Numbered from the stretch's first letter, positions 50,462-58,753 are shown. The stretch: 64,000 nt of DNA from an uncultured virus (IMG/VR IMGVR_UViG_3300032285_000913) (IMGVR_UViG_3300032285_000913); one strand, 5' to 3'. Numbers and translations are program-made. Notes: a model not told the origin generated them from the sequence alone.

Positions 50462-50697
50462 TGAATTATTTTAAAATTGCAAAGCGTATGCTTGCTCTAT
50501 TTCTTGTTACAGCCCTAGCAACAGTTGGTGCTGGTGCAGCCATCGGAATTGAAACCTGGAAGGCAGCCCTGCTTGCTGGTATTATGGGTGTTGCTAACGT
50601 AATTGAGGACCTCGCTCGTGGATACCTCAACGATGGCGAACTTACAGAAGAAGAAATTGACCAGGCTTTCGTGGACAACATTCCAAACGAAGACTAA
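50461..50697 (+). CDS. Small 2-TM membrane protein, holin candidate
   Basis: ATG 50461 after AGGAGG; two hydrophobic segments. Confidence 0.7.
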   Translation: MNYFKIAKRMLALFLVTALATVGAGAAIGIETWKAALLAGIMGVANVIEDLARGYLNDGELTEEEIDQAFVDNIPNED

Positions 50698-50704
50698 CAT
50701 ATAG

Positions 50705-50733
50705 TTGACAAGCCCTCTCTAGTACTGTATAAT
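50705..50733 (+). promoter_or_regulatory. Sigma70-type promoter
   Basis: TTGACA-17nt-TATAAT. Confidence 0.75.
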
Positions 50734-50760
50734 AGATACATAACCTAGAGAGGGTTTTAT

Positions 50761-50952
50761 ATGTTCAATAAGAAAAACATTGCAGACAAAACAGAGGTCT
50801 GGGAGTGGATGCAATTCGGCATTGATAAGGGCTGGATTACAGAACCATTCTGCTACACACATGATGGCGACCCATACATGACAGAAGAAGAAGAAAAAGA
50901 ATGGGAAGAGGGCGGAGACCCTTGTGCCCCAGTAACCAAGTTCCTTATTTAG
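50761..50952 (+). CDS. Hypothetical protein
   Basis: W..FGIDKGWI..PFCYTHDG...GGDPC. Confidence 0.7.
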   Translation: MFNKKNIADKTEVWEWMQFGIDKGWITEPFCYTHDGDPYMTEEEEKEWEEGGDPCAPVTKFLI

Positions 50953-50956
50953 GTTC

Positions 50957-50985
50957 TTGACAAGTCTTTCTTTGTCCTGTATACT
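50957..50985 (+). promoter_or_regulatory. Sigma70-type promoter for the tRNA cluster
   Basis: TTGACA-17nt-TATACT, 15 nt before tRNA-Asn. Confidence 0.78.
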
Positions 50986-51000
50986 TGATGAAGAAAGCAT

Positions 51001-51072
51001 TGGTCACTAACTCAATGGCAGAGTGTTCGGCTGTTAACCGAAATGTTCCAGGTTCGAGTCCTGGGTGACCAG
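51001..51072 (+). tRNA. tRNA-Asn(GTT)
   Basis: Acceptor TGGTCAC/GTGACCA, anticodon arm TTCGG-CTGTTAA-CCGAA, T-loop GGTTCGAGTCC; CCA not encoded. Confidence 0.92.
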
Positions 51073-51149
51073 CAAAGACCTACGGGCGTAGCAATACGGA
51101 TGCGGTCTATCCAATGGCATCTGCAGTGTCGGATAGTTTAAGGTCATAT

Positions 51150-51223
51150 GTTTCTGTAACTCAGTTGGTTAGAGTGCCACCCTGTCACGGTGGAAGTCGT
51201 GGGTTCAAGTCCCATCAGAGACG
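51150..51223 (+). tRNA. tRNA-Asp(GTC)
   Basis: Acceptor GTTTCTG/CAGAGAC, anticodon arm CCACC-CTGTCAC-GGTGG, T-loop GGTTCAAGTCC. Confidence 0.92.
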
Positions 51224-51292
51224 CTGTGAGTGATTAGTCCCTCGTCACTCTGGTAACTACGGATAGTATTTCGTTGCTATCGCAAGGGACAT

Positions 51293-51365
51293 GCCACCTT
51301 AACTCAGTCGGTAGAGTGCCATACTTGTAATATGGATGTCGTCAGTTCGATTCTGACAGGTGGCT
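51293..51365 (+). tRNA. tRNA-Thr(TGT)
   Basis: Acceptor GCCACCT/AGGTGGC, anticodon arm CCATA-CTTGTAA-TATGG, T-loop GTTCGATTC. Confidence 0.92.
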
Positions 51366-51406
51366 CACATGCTATAATAAATAGTATAGAAGGAGATGAT
51401 TTTAAT

Positions 51407-52285
51407 ATGATTGAAACCGTCCTACACCCGATTGTTGCACAAAAGGGATTGAAGCCAGGCACACCAGAAGCGGTACTTGCTGTGGCAGAAGTTTTCGTAA
51501 AGATGAAGTACGAAGATGACAAGAAGAACAAAGATAACATCTTTGGTCGCTACATGGGACTCAACCACACTGCATGGTGTGCTGAGTTCGTATCTTACTG
51601 TTTCCAGAAGGCTGGAGCAGGTAAGTTGATTGAAAAGGTTCAGACACCGAAGGGCTACGTTGGTTGCTCGGCTGGTATTCGTGGCATGACTAAGAAGGGT
51701 TGGAAGAAAATTCCAGTTGCACAGGCACAGCCTGGAGATGTAATCTTCTTTGACTGGGACCACAACCACGACCCAGACCACACAGGTATTGTTCTAAAGA
51801 ACGACCCTAAGAAGAAGGTAGTAATCTGCCGTGAAGGTAACACTTCTCGTGGAGATGGCTCACGCTCAAATGGCGGACAGGTAGCACAGCGTCCACGCAA
51901 CTACTCAGTTGTGTTTGCTGTATTCCGTCCTAACTGGGCATTGCTAAATCCAGTTGCTGCAAAGCCAGTAGTTGCTGCCACAGTACCTGTTGCACCTGCT
52001 AACATTGTTGCTGGAGAAGCAATTGTTCCTGCTAATGTGGTAGTTCCTGCTCCTGCACCAGCAACTCCAACATCAACTGCACCTAAGTTGATTAAGCCAA
52101 AGTTTGTTGCAAACATTAAGAAAGGTTCTAAGGGTGCTAACGTTAAGTACATCCAGGCTCGTCTAAAGGTTGCACAGACTGGCATCTTTGACCAAGCAAC
52201 TCACAATGCAGTTGTAACATTCCAGAAGCGTCTCAAGTTGACTGCTGATGGTATTGTTGGTCCAGTAACTTGGAGTAAGTTCTAA
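51407..52285 (+). CDS. Endolysin: CHAP amidase plus peptidoglycan-binding domain
   Basis: AWCAEFVS, PGDVIFFDW, DHTGIV, EGNT; A/P/V linker; GSKGANVKYIQ..DGIVGPVTW; SD AGGAG supports ATG 51407. Confidence 0.9.
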   Translation: MIETVLHPIVAQKGLKPGTPEAVLAVAEVFVKMKYEDDKKNKDNIFGRYMGLNHTAWCAEFVSYCFQKAGAGKLIEKVQTPKGYVGCSAGIRGMTKKGWKKIPVAQAQPGDVIFFDWDHNHDPDHTGIVLKNDPKKKVVICREGNTSRGDGSRSNGGQVAQRPRNYSVVFAVFRPNWALLNPVAAKPVVAATVPVAPANIVAGEAIVPANVVVPAPAPATPTSTAPKLIKPKFVANIKKGSKGANVKYIQARLKVAQTGIFDQATHNAVVTFQKRLKLTADGIVGPVTWSKF

Positions 52286-52298
52286 AACAAATTAAGAT

Positions 52299-52336
52299 TG
52301 CTGGTGGCTACTGCACGGTAGCCCCAGCATCTTTTT
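52299..52336 (+). terminator. Intrinsic terminator
   Basis: TGCTGG.GGCTAC...GTAGCCCCAGCA followed by TCTTTTT. Confidence 0.75.
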
Positions 52337-52347
52337 AGAAAGATATC

Positions 52348-52524
52348 ATGCCATCATATGAATATAAATGTCCACAATGTGACAAAAGAATAGTAGTATC
52401 TAGAAGTGTCAACGAGAGTGACCCTGGATATGAATGCGAGACTTGCAAAATTGCCTTAACTAAGGTATACTCTATAGGAGCAGTAACTTTCAACGGTAGC
52501 GGATTCTATAGAACGGATAAGTAA
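52348..52524 (+). CDS. FmdB-family zinc-ribbon protein (not in the ORF track)
   Basis: MPSYEYKCPQC...CETC...FNGSGFYRTD. Confidence 0.85.
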   Translation: MPSYEYKCPQCDKRIVVSRSVNESDPGYECETCKIALTKVYSIGAVTFNGSGFYRTDK

Positions 52525-52736
52525 TGGTAGAAACAAAAGAATGGGTACTAACAGCACAAGACCGCTGTGATTCATGTGGGTCACAAGCGTATGTCCGTGT
52601 TACAGGCGTGACAGGCTCACTTGATTTCTGTGGACACCACTACACAAAAAATGAAACTAAGTTGGCTGCCTTTGCATTTGAAACTGTAGATGAACGTGAA
52701 CGACTCATTGAAAACAGATTACAGGGTGACGACTAA
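52524..52736 (+). CDS. Small zinc-binding protein
   Basis: LTAQDRCDSCGSQAYV..FCGHH. Confidence 0.75.
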   Translation: MVETKEWVLTAQDRCDSCGSQAYVRVTGVTGSLDFCGHHYTKNETKLAAFAFETVDERERLIENRLQGDD

Positions 52737-53653
52737 TGCATCCAACCTTTAAATATAGCGAAGACCACTTTGGTGGTACAGAAACTATGGCTAGAAATTT
52801 TATTAAAAATGTTTTACCAGAAATGACAAACATTACAAATTATTGTGCCGTAATTATTCCAGGTCACCTACCAGATTTAAAAACCATCGGCACTGATGGT
52901 AGCAAATACATTTTTTGGATTCATAATAATCTTAGCCAATTTATTCCACAAGTTGGTAGAATTTTAAATAGCACATTAGTACGTCAAAATACAGAAAGGA
53001 TTATTGCTGTGTCAGAATATGAAAAGGGAGTAATCTCTAAAGAACTCAACATCAATCCAAATAAAGTGGCAGTAATCCCAAATGCCATTGAGCCAGTAAT
53101 TCCAAATTCAGATAAGTTTAAAAAGATTGATAAGGTAAAAATCATTCATGCCTCTACTGCTAACCGTGGTATGGATATCCTTCTTAAAGCAATCCCACTA
53201 ATCACTGAGGATTTTGAATTAAATATATTCAATGACTTCTATCCAGACTTACCACATTCTTATAATTTGGATGCAGTCAATGACCCAAGGGTAAACTTTT
53301 ATGGAAAGACTCCACGCAAAACTTTGTATAAGTTTTTTGCAGATGCTCATATCCACGCTTATCCATCTACATACCCAGAAACTTCTTGCCTAACACAAAT
53401 GGAAGCACTGTCTGCTGGATGCTACGCTGTGTACACAGACCTGGGGGCATTGCCAGAAACTTCTATGGGGCATGGGACGATGATTCCATTTAACGAACTA
53501 ACTCCAGAAAGATACGCTGAAGAATTAACTAAGGCTATCAAGATGGTTAAAGAACATGGATACGACTATACTAAACAAGTACAGGATATCCATGACAATT
53601 TTACTTGGGATAAGGCAAAACAAAACTGGCTTGCCTTTGACCAAACAATCTAG
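52736..53653 (+). CDS. GT-B (GT4-like) glycosyltransferase
   Basis: GGTE, IPNAI, YPSTYPETSCLTQMEALSAG. Confidence 0.87.
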   Translation: MHPTFKYSEDHFGGTETMARNFIKNVLPEMTNITNYCAVIIPGHLPDLKTIGTDGSKYIFWIHNNLSQFIPQVGRILNSTLVRQNTERIIAVSEYEKGVISKELNINPNKVAVIPNAIEPVIPNSDKFKKIDKVKIIHASTANRGMDILLKAIPLITEDFELNIFNDFYPDLPHSYNLDAVNDPRVNFYGKTPRKTLYKFFADAHIHAYPSTYPETSCLTQMEALSAGCYAVYTDLGALPETSMGHGTMIPFNELTPERYAEELTKAIKMVKEHGYDYTKQVQDIHDNFTWDKAKQNWLAFDQTI

Positions 53654-53675
53654 TATAATAACTATAGGTGATTAA

Positions 53676-54089
53676 ATGGAATACTTTGCAGGTTCAGTTG
53701 TGACGTTAATTACAATGTACATCGTTAGTAAATTGATTAATCATCCTAAGAATAACTTCAAAACTGTAAAAACAAACTTTAGTCAGAGCCGTCAGAATGA
53801 ACTGGTGAAAGACTATATTCCTATCAATGCCAAGTCTCCACTGGTATCTCAGGCATCAAAACACCTTCGCTCACAGTATACTCGCATTATCTTTATTAAT
53901 GATGATGCTTTCTGGCTTGAAGATAATTGTGTATACAAGGCAGATTTTGATGGTAGTCATGTAAACTATGAAACAAAAATAAAGGTTGACATGATGGACA
54001 TGGATAAGGTAGAATTAGATAAGATGATTTTTGTCGTCGAACGATTAACGGAAGGACTATCAAATGATAGTGGCAATTCAGGGAACTAA
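53676..54089 (+). CDS. Hypothetical protein with an N-terminal TM
   Basis: SD AGGTG; hydrophobic N-terminus. Confidence 0.65.
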   Translation: MEYFAGSVVTLITMYIVSKLINHPKNNFKTVKTNFSQSRQNELVKDYIPINAKSPLVSQASKHLRSQYTRIIFINDDAFWLEDNCVYKADFDGSHVNYETKIKVDMMDMDKVELDKMIFVVERLTEGLSNDSGNSGN

Positions 54090-54414
54090 GAACTTCAATG
54101 AGTATGAAGTTTTTCTTAGGGGTATTGGTAACGCTCTGCGTAGCCTACCAGAGAGTGATACAGAGTTTACAATTATGTCTGCTGGTCCACTCAACATTAA
54201 TCGTTATGCATTAGAGTTTACAAATATTAGTGAACGTAGCCTCAAGGCTCGCAATGTAAAGATTAAACTTGTTAAAATTCCTCCTACATGGATTAAAGAT
54301 AACATTAATAAGGTTAATTACTTTCTATTTTTTAGTAAGCCAAAAGAGTCTCTATCTGAACTGGTTGACCTGGCTGAAGCCAAAGATGTTGAAGTCGGAG
54401 TATACCGCTACTAA
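54064..54414 (+). CDS. Hypothetical protein, possibly SLOG/YspA-like
   Basis: MIVAIQGTKNFNEY...IMSAGP resembles SLOG N-termini. Confidence 0.55.
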   Translation: MIVAIQGTKNFNEYEVFLRGIGNALRSLPESDTEFTIMSAGPLNINRYALEFTNISERSLKARNVKIKLVKIPPTWIKDNINKVNYFLFFSKPKESLSELVDLAEAKDVEVGVYRY

Positions 54415-54782
54415 TGTTGAGTAAAAGAGAGAATGCTTTTCTTTCGGTTGCTAGATATCTTGCAAAGAAATCTGATGCCAAGCAAAAGCATGGAGCAGTT
54501 GTTGTTAAGGGCGGTAGCGTAATTGGTACTGGCTTTAACAAGGATAGGAACCATCCAGATTTTGTATCACCTGAACACATCAAGCAGCATTGTTCTGTAC
54601 ATGCTGAGATTGATGCAATAAGGGATGCAGGATGGAACGTAAAGGGTGCTGTCCTTTATGTTGCCAGAGTTAATCGCTTTGGTGAAGACCGCTACAGCAA
54701 GCCCTGTGACCGATGTAACGTGGTCATTCAGGAGACCCAAATCAAAAAAGTAATCTATACAGGGAGTGATTATGTTAATTAA
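54414..54782 (+). CDS. Zinc-dependent cytidine/dCMP deaminase-like protein
   Basis: HGAVV..GFN, VHAEIDAI, SKPCDRC. Confidence 0.87.
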   Translation: MLSKRENAFLSVARYLAKKSDAKQKHGAVVVKGGSVIGTGFNKDRNHPDFVSPEHIKQHCSVHAEIDAIRDAGWNVKGAVLYVARVNRFGEDRYSKPCDRCNVVIQETQIKKVIYTGSDYVN

Positions 54783-54993
54783 ATCACTAGAAGAGATGGA
54801 GACCATTGTAGATAACAATGAGTCACTATCATGGGATGGTTGGACTGTGCTAGAGGCGAAGAAGTCGCAAACAGCATGGATGCAGCCAAACGCAGCATTC
54901 ATCAAGCATGAGTGGCACACTGTCAATCGTTTTGACATTACCGAAAGCGGTTGGGATATTCCAACCAAGTTGGTGAAGAAGAATGCCAAATGA
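54772..54993 (+). CDS. Hypothetical protein
   Basis: LSWDGW motif; overlaps both neighbours. Confidence 0.65.
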   Translation: MLIKSLEEMETIVDNNESLSWDGWTVLEAKKSQTAWMQPNAAFIKHEWHTVNRFDITESGWDIPTKLVKKNAK

Positions 54994-55273
54994 CAAAAAT
55001 TGGAGAGATTCTGCCAAATGTAATGGTTGGGACACAAATCTTTTCTTTGACGACTACGAAGAAGACGTTGAGTTAAGGAAAGATATAGATGAGTTCTGTT
55101 CTACCTGTCCTGTTATGCGACAATGTTTCGCAGTTGGGGTATCAACTAAACAGACAGGTGTATGGGGCGGAGTCTATCTGGATAACGGAAAGATATCTAG
55201 AGAATTTAATAGACACAAATCAAAACAAGCCTGGGCTGACACCTGGTCTGATTTAACAATAGATAAGGAATAA
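54983..55273 (+). CDS. whiB: WhiB-family Fe-S transcription factor
   Basis: W...AKC...LFF...CSTCPVMRQC...GVWGG. Confidence 0.9.
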   Translation: MPNDKNWRDSAKCNGWDTNLFFDDYEEDVELRKDIDEFCSTCPVMRQCFAVGVSTKQTGVWGGVYLDNGKISREFNRHKSKQAWADTWSDLTIDKE

Positions 55274-55274
55274 A

Positions 55275-55508
55275 ATGTATACTGTTGAAATGGCAACGGC
55301 ATTCAAGGCAATCGTTCCACCAGAAAACTTTGGTGTAACCATCCTAGATGCTAATGACTTTCTAACTATTCAAATTGACCCAGAGGACATTGAGAGTCTT
55401 CTTGACCATCAAGTTGACGATGCTGTTCAGTACATCAAGGATGTAAAGAAAGCATTAGAAGACAATGGGGCTATTGTTTATATTGTTCGTGAAGCATTGA
55501 AGGACTAA
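55275..55508 (+). CDS. Hypothetical protein
   Basis: SD AAGGA; 77 aa. Confidence 0.7.
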   Translation: MYTVEMATAFKAIVPPENFGVTILDANDFLTIQIDPEDIESLLDHQVDDAVQYIKDVKKALEDNGAIVYIVREALKD

Positions 55509-55513
55509 GACAA

Positions 55514-55954
55514 ATGATTTTATCTTGGGTTGATTCAATCATTGTTGCATTATTGCTTTCAATGGTTATTTATCTTGTTTATAGATTCTTTAAAATTAGG
55601 ACATTGTTCAAGGCTTTGTCTGACCTATATATGCAAGCAATGGCAGACAAGATGCTATTGCAAAAAAAGGTAGAACAAATGTATCAAGATATCGAAAATG
55701 CTAAACTGGAACAGACTGATGGATTTCTAAAGTTTGTATCAGACTCTCGTGACTGGGCTTTCCAGTATATCGAAGAGGTGCAATCAGCACTGTCAGAATT
55801 TGATGGTGCTATAGCACCAACGCTTGAGTGGGCTAAAACATATGGTACAGTACTAGGTGAAACAGCCCACACAGAAGCACTAGAAAAAATTTCCAAAGCA
55901 TACGACAAACTAAAAGAAGTATTGCCACAGGAAAACCAAACGCCTAATAACTAG
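55514..55954 (+). CDS. Membrane-anchored coiled-coil protein
   Basis: N-terminal TM; SRDWAFQYIE. Confidence 0.7.
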   Translation: MILSWVDSIIVALLLSMVIYLVYRFFKIRTLFKALSDLYMQAMADKMLLQKKVEQMYQDIENAKLEQTDGFLKFVSDSRDWAFQYIEEVQSALSEFDGAIAPTLEWAKTYGTVLGETAHTEALEKISKAYDKLKEVLPQENQTPNN

Positions 55955-55974
55955 GCATTAACAAGGAGAAATAA

Positions 55975-56319
55975 ATGAACGCAAAACTAAAAGCAGCACT
56001 TGCATCATATGCACGAAGTGTTCTATCAGCAGCAGTAGCCCTATATCTAGCAGGTGTAACTGACCCAGTTCAGTTGCTATCGGCTCTAGCAGCAGGTCTA
56101 CTGCCAGTAGCAATTCGCTACATCAATCCAAAGGACCCTGCTTTCGGTCGTGTAGCAGAGCAGGTTGTACTTGCTCGCCTACCAAAGGGTGAAACAGTAA
56201 TTCCAAAGGAATACCTTGAGAAAAACAAGGAAGCCATCGACAAGGTAATCAAGGCAGTTGCTGCAGATGCCAAGGCAAAGCAAGCAGTAAGCCCAAAGAA
56301 GGCTGCTCCAAAGAAGTAA
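55975..56319 (+). CDS. Holin-like membrane protein
   Basis: SYARSVLSA..hydrophobic..RYINPKDPAFG; SD AAGGAG. Confidence 0.6.
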   Translation: MNAKLKAALASYARSVLSAAVALYLAGVTDPVQLLSALAAGLLPVAIRYINPKDPAFGRVAEQVVLARLPKGETVIPKEYLEKNKEAIDKVIKAVAADAKAKQAVSPKKAAPKK

Positions 56320-56332
56320 TTTAAATAATGAT

Positions 56333-56367
56333 TAGGGGTAATACTTCGGTATTGCCCCTTTTCGTTT
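56333..56367 (+). terminator. Intrinsic terminator with a cUUCGg tetraloop
   Basis: AGGGGTAATAC-TTCG-GTATTGCCCCT followed by TTT. Confidence 0.85.
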
Positions 56368-56390
56368 ATAAACATGTTATAATAGTAGGT

Positions 56391-56846
56391 ATGAATGAAC
56401 AACTGATTACTCTACTCAAGTCTTGCACAGCAGACGCAGTAGCCCTTAAATTTAAGGCACATGGCTACCACTGGAACGTAGAGGGTGATGATTTCCCACA
56501 ATGGCACGATAAACTAGGCGACATCTATGAAGACCTAGATGGTGCTATCGACACTTTTGCTGAGTGGATTCGCATGGTTGATGTAAATGCCTATGCTCCA
56601 TTCAAACTTTCACGCTTTGCAGAACTATCAACAATCCCAGAAACAGAAGTATCTTCTGACCCAATGAATATGATTGCTGACCTTGTTGCTTCATTCGATA
56701 TTGCTATTGCCAGTTATGGTGTTGGCTTTGACCTAGCAACACAGACCAAACAGAATGGTCTTGCTAACTTCTTTGCAGACCGCCAGACAGCCCTACAGAA
56801 ATGGAACTGGCAACTAAAGGCTTCGCTAAAGCCAATTGGAGACTAA
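56391..56846 (+). CDS. dps: Dps/ferritin-like protein
   Basis: HGYHWNVEG..F...H....IYE....DTFAEWIR; leaderless ATG 56391 after TGTTATAAT. Confidence 0.88.
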   Translation: MNEQLITLLKSCTADAVALKFKAHGYHWNVEGDDFPQWHDKLGDIYEDLDGAIDTFAEWIRMVDVNAYAPFKLSRFAELSTIPETEVSSDPMNMIADLVASFDIAIASYGVGFDLATQTKQNGLANFFADRQTALQKWNWQLKASLKPIGD

Positions 56847-57214
56847 TGCCATATTCACTCGGAGAAAAAGGAACTCACGGTTGCTCAGGATATCCTGTAG
56901 TTAAAACTGCGACTGGTGAGGTAATGGGATGCCACCCAACAGCAAAAGATGCTGGAAAACAATTGGCTGCTCTTCACATTAATGAGCCAGACGCAAATAA
57001 GGCTGACGGTCCTAATGCAGTAAATCCTTCATCAACTGCAAATCCAACCTATCCAGGAGTAGGAATTAAATATCCTACGAGCCTTACCGCTGCTCGTAGA
57101 AGCAAGGGCGTTATTCGTAAGCCTAAGCGTAAGCGTGTTAGCGGTGGCGATGGTAATGATGCTTCTGGAGCATTTTCATCTGGTGGACCTGGCGGAAGCA
57201 TGGGGGTATCGTAA
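56846..57214 (+). CDS. Hypothetical protein
   Basis: TAATG-coupled start MPYSLG..CSGYPVVK..VMGCHPT..A..QLAAL. Confidence 0.7.
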   Translation: MPYSLGEKGTHGCSGYPVVKTATGEVMGCHPTAKDAGKQLAALHINEPDANKADGPNAVNPSSTANPTYPGVGIKYPTSLTAARRSKGVIRKPKRKRVSGGDGNDASGAFSSGGPGGSMGVS

Positions 57215-57633
57215 TGGATAATGAATTAACTATGGACCCAACAGAAGACGAATTGTTTGAATGGGAATCATTGTCTGAAAGACAACAAGAGATGGCAGAA
57301 AATACTGCTGAGATTGTTCTTAAGTTTGGTATGTTTAATCAAGGCTCTGAAAAAGATGGTGCTCACTATTTTGATGGTAGCAAGAACCCATTTAAGTCTG
57401 AGGGCGTAATGTGTAAAAATTGTATCTTCTACAACGAAGAGGCTGCACAGTGTGTGGTAGTAGAAGGAAGCATTGACGAAGAAGGTCTTTGCAAACTTTG
57501 GGTAATTCCAGAGGATGAACTGAATGAAACACCTGAGCAAGAGGCACAGGAAGACGCTACAGGCTATGAGATGGCACAGAAGTCATTATGGTCTGGTGCA
57601 TTTGACCCAAGGAGTGTGAATAAAATTGGCTGA
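57214..57633 (+). CDS. Protein with a HiPIP-like four-Cys motif
   Basis: CKNCIFY....CVVVEGSIDEEGLCKLW. Confidence 0.7.
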   Translation: MDNELTMDPTEDELFEWESLSERQQEMAENTAEIVLKFGMFNQGSEKDGAHYFDGSKNPFKSEGVMCKNCIFYNEEAAQCVVVEGSIDEEGLCKLWVIPEDELNETPEQEAQEDATGYEMAQKSLWSGAFDPRSVNKIG

Positions 57634-58225
57634 TACATATAAACCAACAGGAGCAATGGCTGCTGCTGCTCGTAAGGCTATTAAGTTTAAGGAAGATGGC
57701 AAGGCTAATGGTGCTGGAACTAACGTAGGCTGGACTCGTGCTCACCAACTTGCATCTGGAGAATCTCTCAGTCTTGATACTGTTAAGCGTATGTATTCAT
57801 TCTTCTCTCGTCACGAAGTAGACAAGAAGGGCAAGGACTGGGGCAACCAGGCTAACCCATCTAATGGATACATTATGTGGCTTGCATGGGGTGGAGACGC
57901 TGGATTCTCTTGGAGTCGTGCTATCGTAAACCGTGCAATGGACAAAGAAATCTTTGCTGACTTTGGTAGAGATTATTCCAGAGATGAAACAATTATGCTT
58001 AAGGGTGTAGGCGTTGGTGACATGGTCACTTGGGGTTCTTCTGGCGGTAACGCAACAGGTAAAATTATTAAGATTGTTCGTAATGGAAAATATAATGTTC
58101 CAGATTCATCATTCACAATTACTGGTACACCAGAAGACCCTGCTGCTGCTATTCGTGTATACCAAGATGGAAAGCCAACCGATACTGTCGTTGGTCACAA
58201 ATTAAGTTCTCTACGCAAGAAGTAA
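57626..58225 (+). CDS. Two-domain hypothetical protein with a C-terminal Tudor/SH3-like (DUF2945/Hva1-like) domain
   Basis: GTNVGWTRAHQLA..RMYSFFSRH..WLAWGGDAG; GDMVTWGSSGG..TGKI...VGHKLSSL. Confidence 0.65.
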   Translation: MADTYKPTGAMAAAARKAIKFKEDGKANGAGTNVGWTRAHQLASGESLSLDTVKRMYSFFSRHEVDKKGKDWGNQANPSNGYIMWLAWGGDAGFSWSRAIVNRAMDKEIFADFGRDYSRDETIMLKGVGVGDMVTWGSSGGNATGKIIKIVRNGKYNVPDSSFTITGTPEDPAAAIRVYQDGKPTDTVVGHKLSSLRKK

Positions 58226-58228
58226 TGC

Positions 58229-58257
58229 TTGACAATCAAGTACCTTTCCTGTAAAAT
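58229..58257 (+). promoter_or_regulatory. Sigma70-type promoter
   Basis: TTGACA-17nt-TAAAAT. Confidence 0.65.
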
Positions 58258-58281
58258 AGACATATAAAACATTGGAGCATA

Positions 58282-58452
58282 ATGGAACACAGTCTATTTG
58301 ACGTGGTCTTTGGAATAGACCATATAATTGCAGAATTCTTTTGGAATGCCGTATTCGCACTTGTCGTATATGGATTCACAAAGGCTAGAACGCTTCGCAA
58401 GATTCACAAGTATGTGGATAGCAAGCACGGAGTAGAACACGAGGAGTACTAA
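58282..58452 (+). CDS. Small membrane protein (not in the ORF track)
   Basis: MEHSLFDVVFGIDHIIAEFFWNAVFALVVYGF..., SD GGAG. Confidence 0.65.
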   Translation: MEHSLFDVVFGIDHIIAEFFWNAVFALVVYGFTKARTLRKIHKYVDSKHGVEHEEY

Positions 58453-58739
58453 TGGAAATCAGTAAAGAATTTACACAGGCGGTAGCCAAAACATATGCAG
58501 AAGCAGAAGAGTTGCTTATTCGTAAGCACAAAGACTATGGACCAAAGAATATTTCTGGTAGTCCAGGTGGTCCACTAAATGGTTTGCGTGTCCGTATGCA
58601 CGATAAGTTGGCTAGAATTAACAATCTTATTGATTCTGGAGCAACACCAGAGAACGAAAGTCTTCGTGACTCATTCATTGACATGGCTAACTATGCTTTA
58701 ATTGCAATGTTGGTTATTGACGGTGACTGGGATAAATAA
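58452..58739 (+). CDS. DUF1599 / nucleotide-modification-associated (MazG-like) protein
   Basis: RKHKDYG..VRMHDKLARI..ESLRDSFIDMANY. Confidence 0.8.
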   Translation: MEISKEFTQAVAKTYAEAEELLIRKHKDYGPKNISGSPGGPLNGLRVRMHDKLARINNLIDSGATPENESLRDSFIDMANYALIAMLVIDGDWDK

Positions 58740-58753
58740 GGTATACTAGATAT

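Noticed and set aside
51332..51406. N-terminal extension of the endolysin in the ORF track
   Set aside because: Overlaps tRNA-Thr; promoter and SD support ATG 51407
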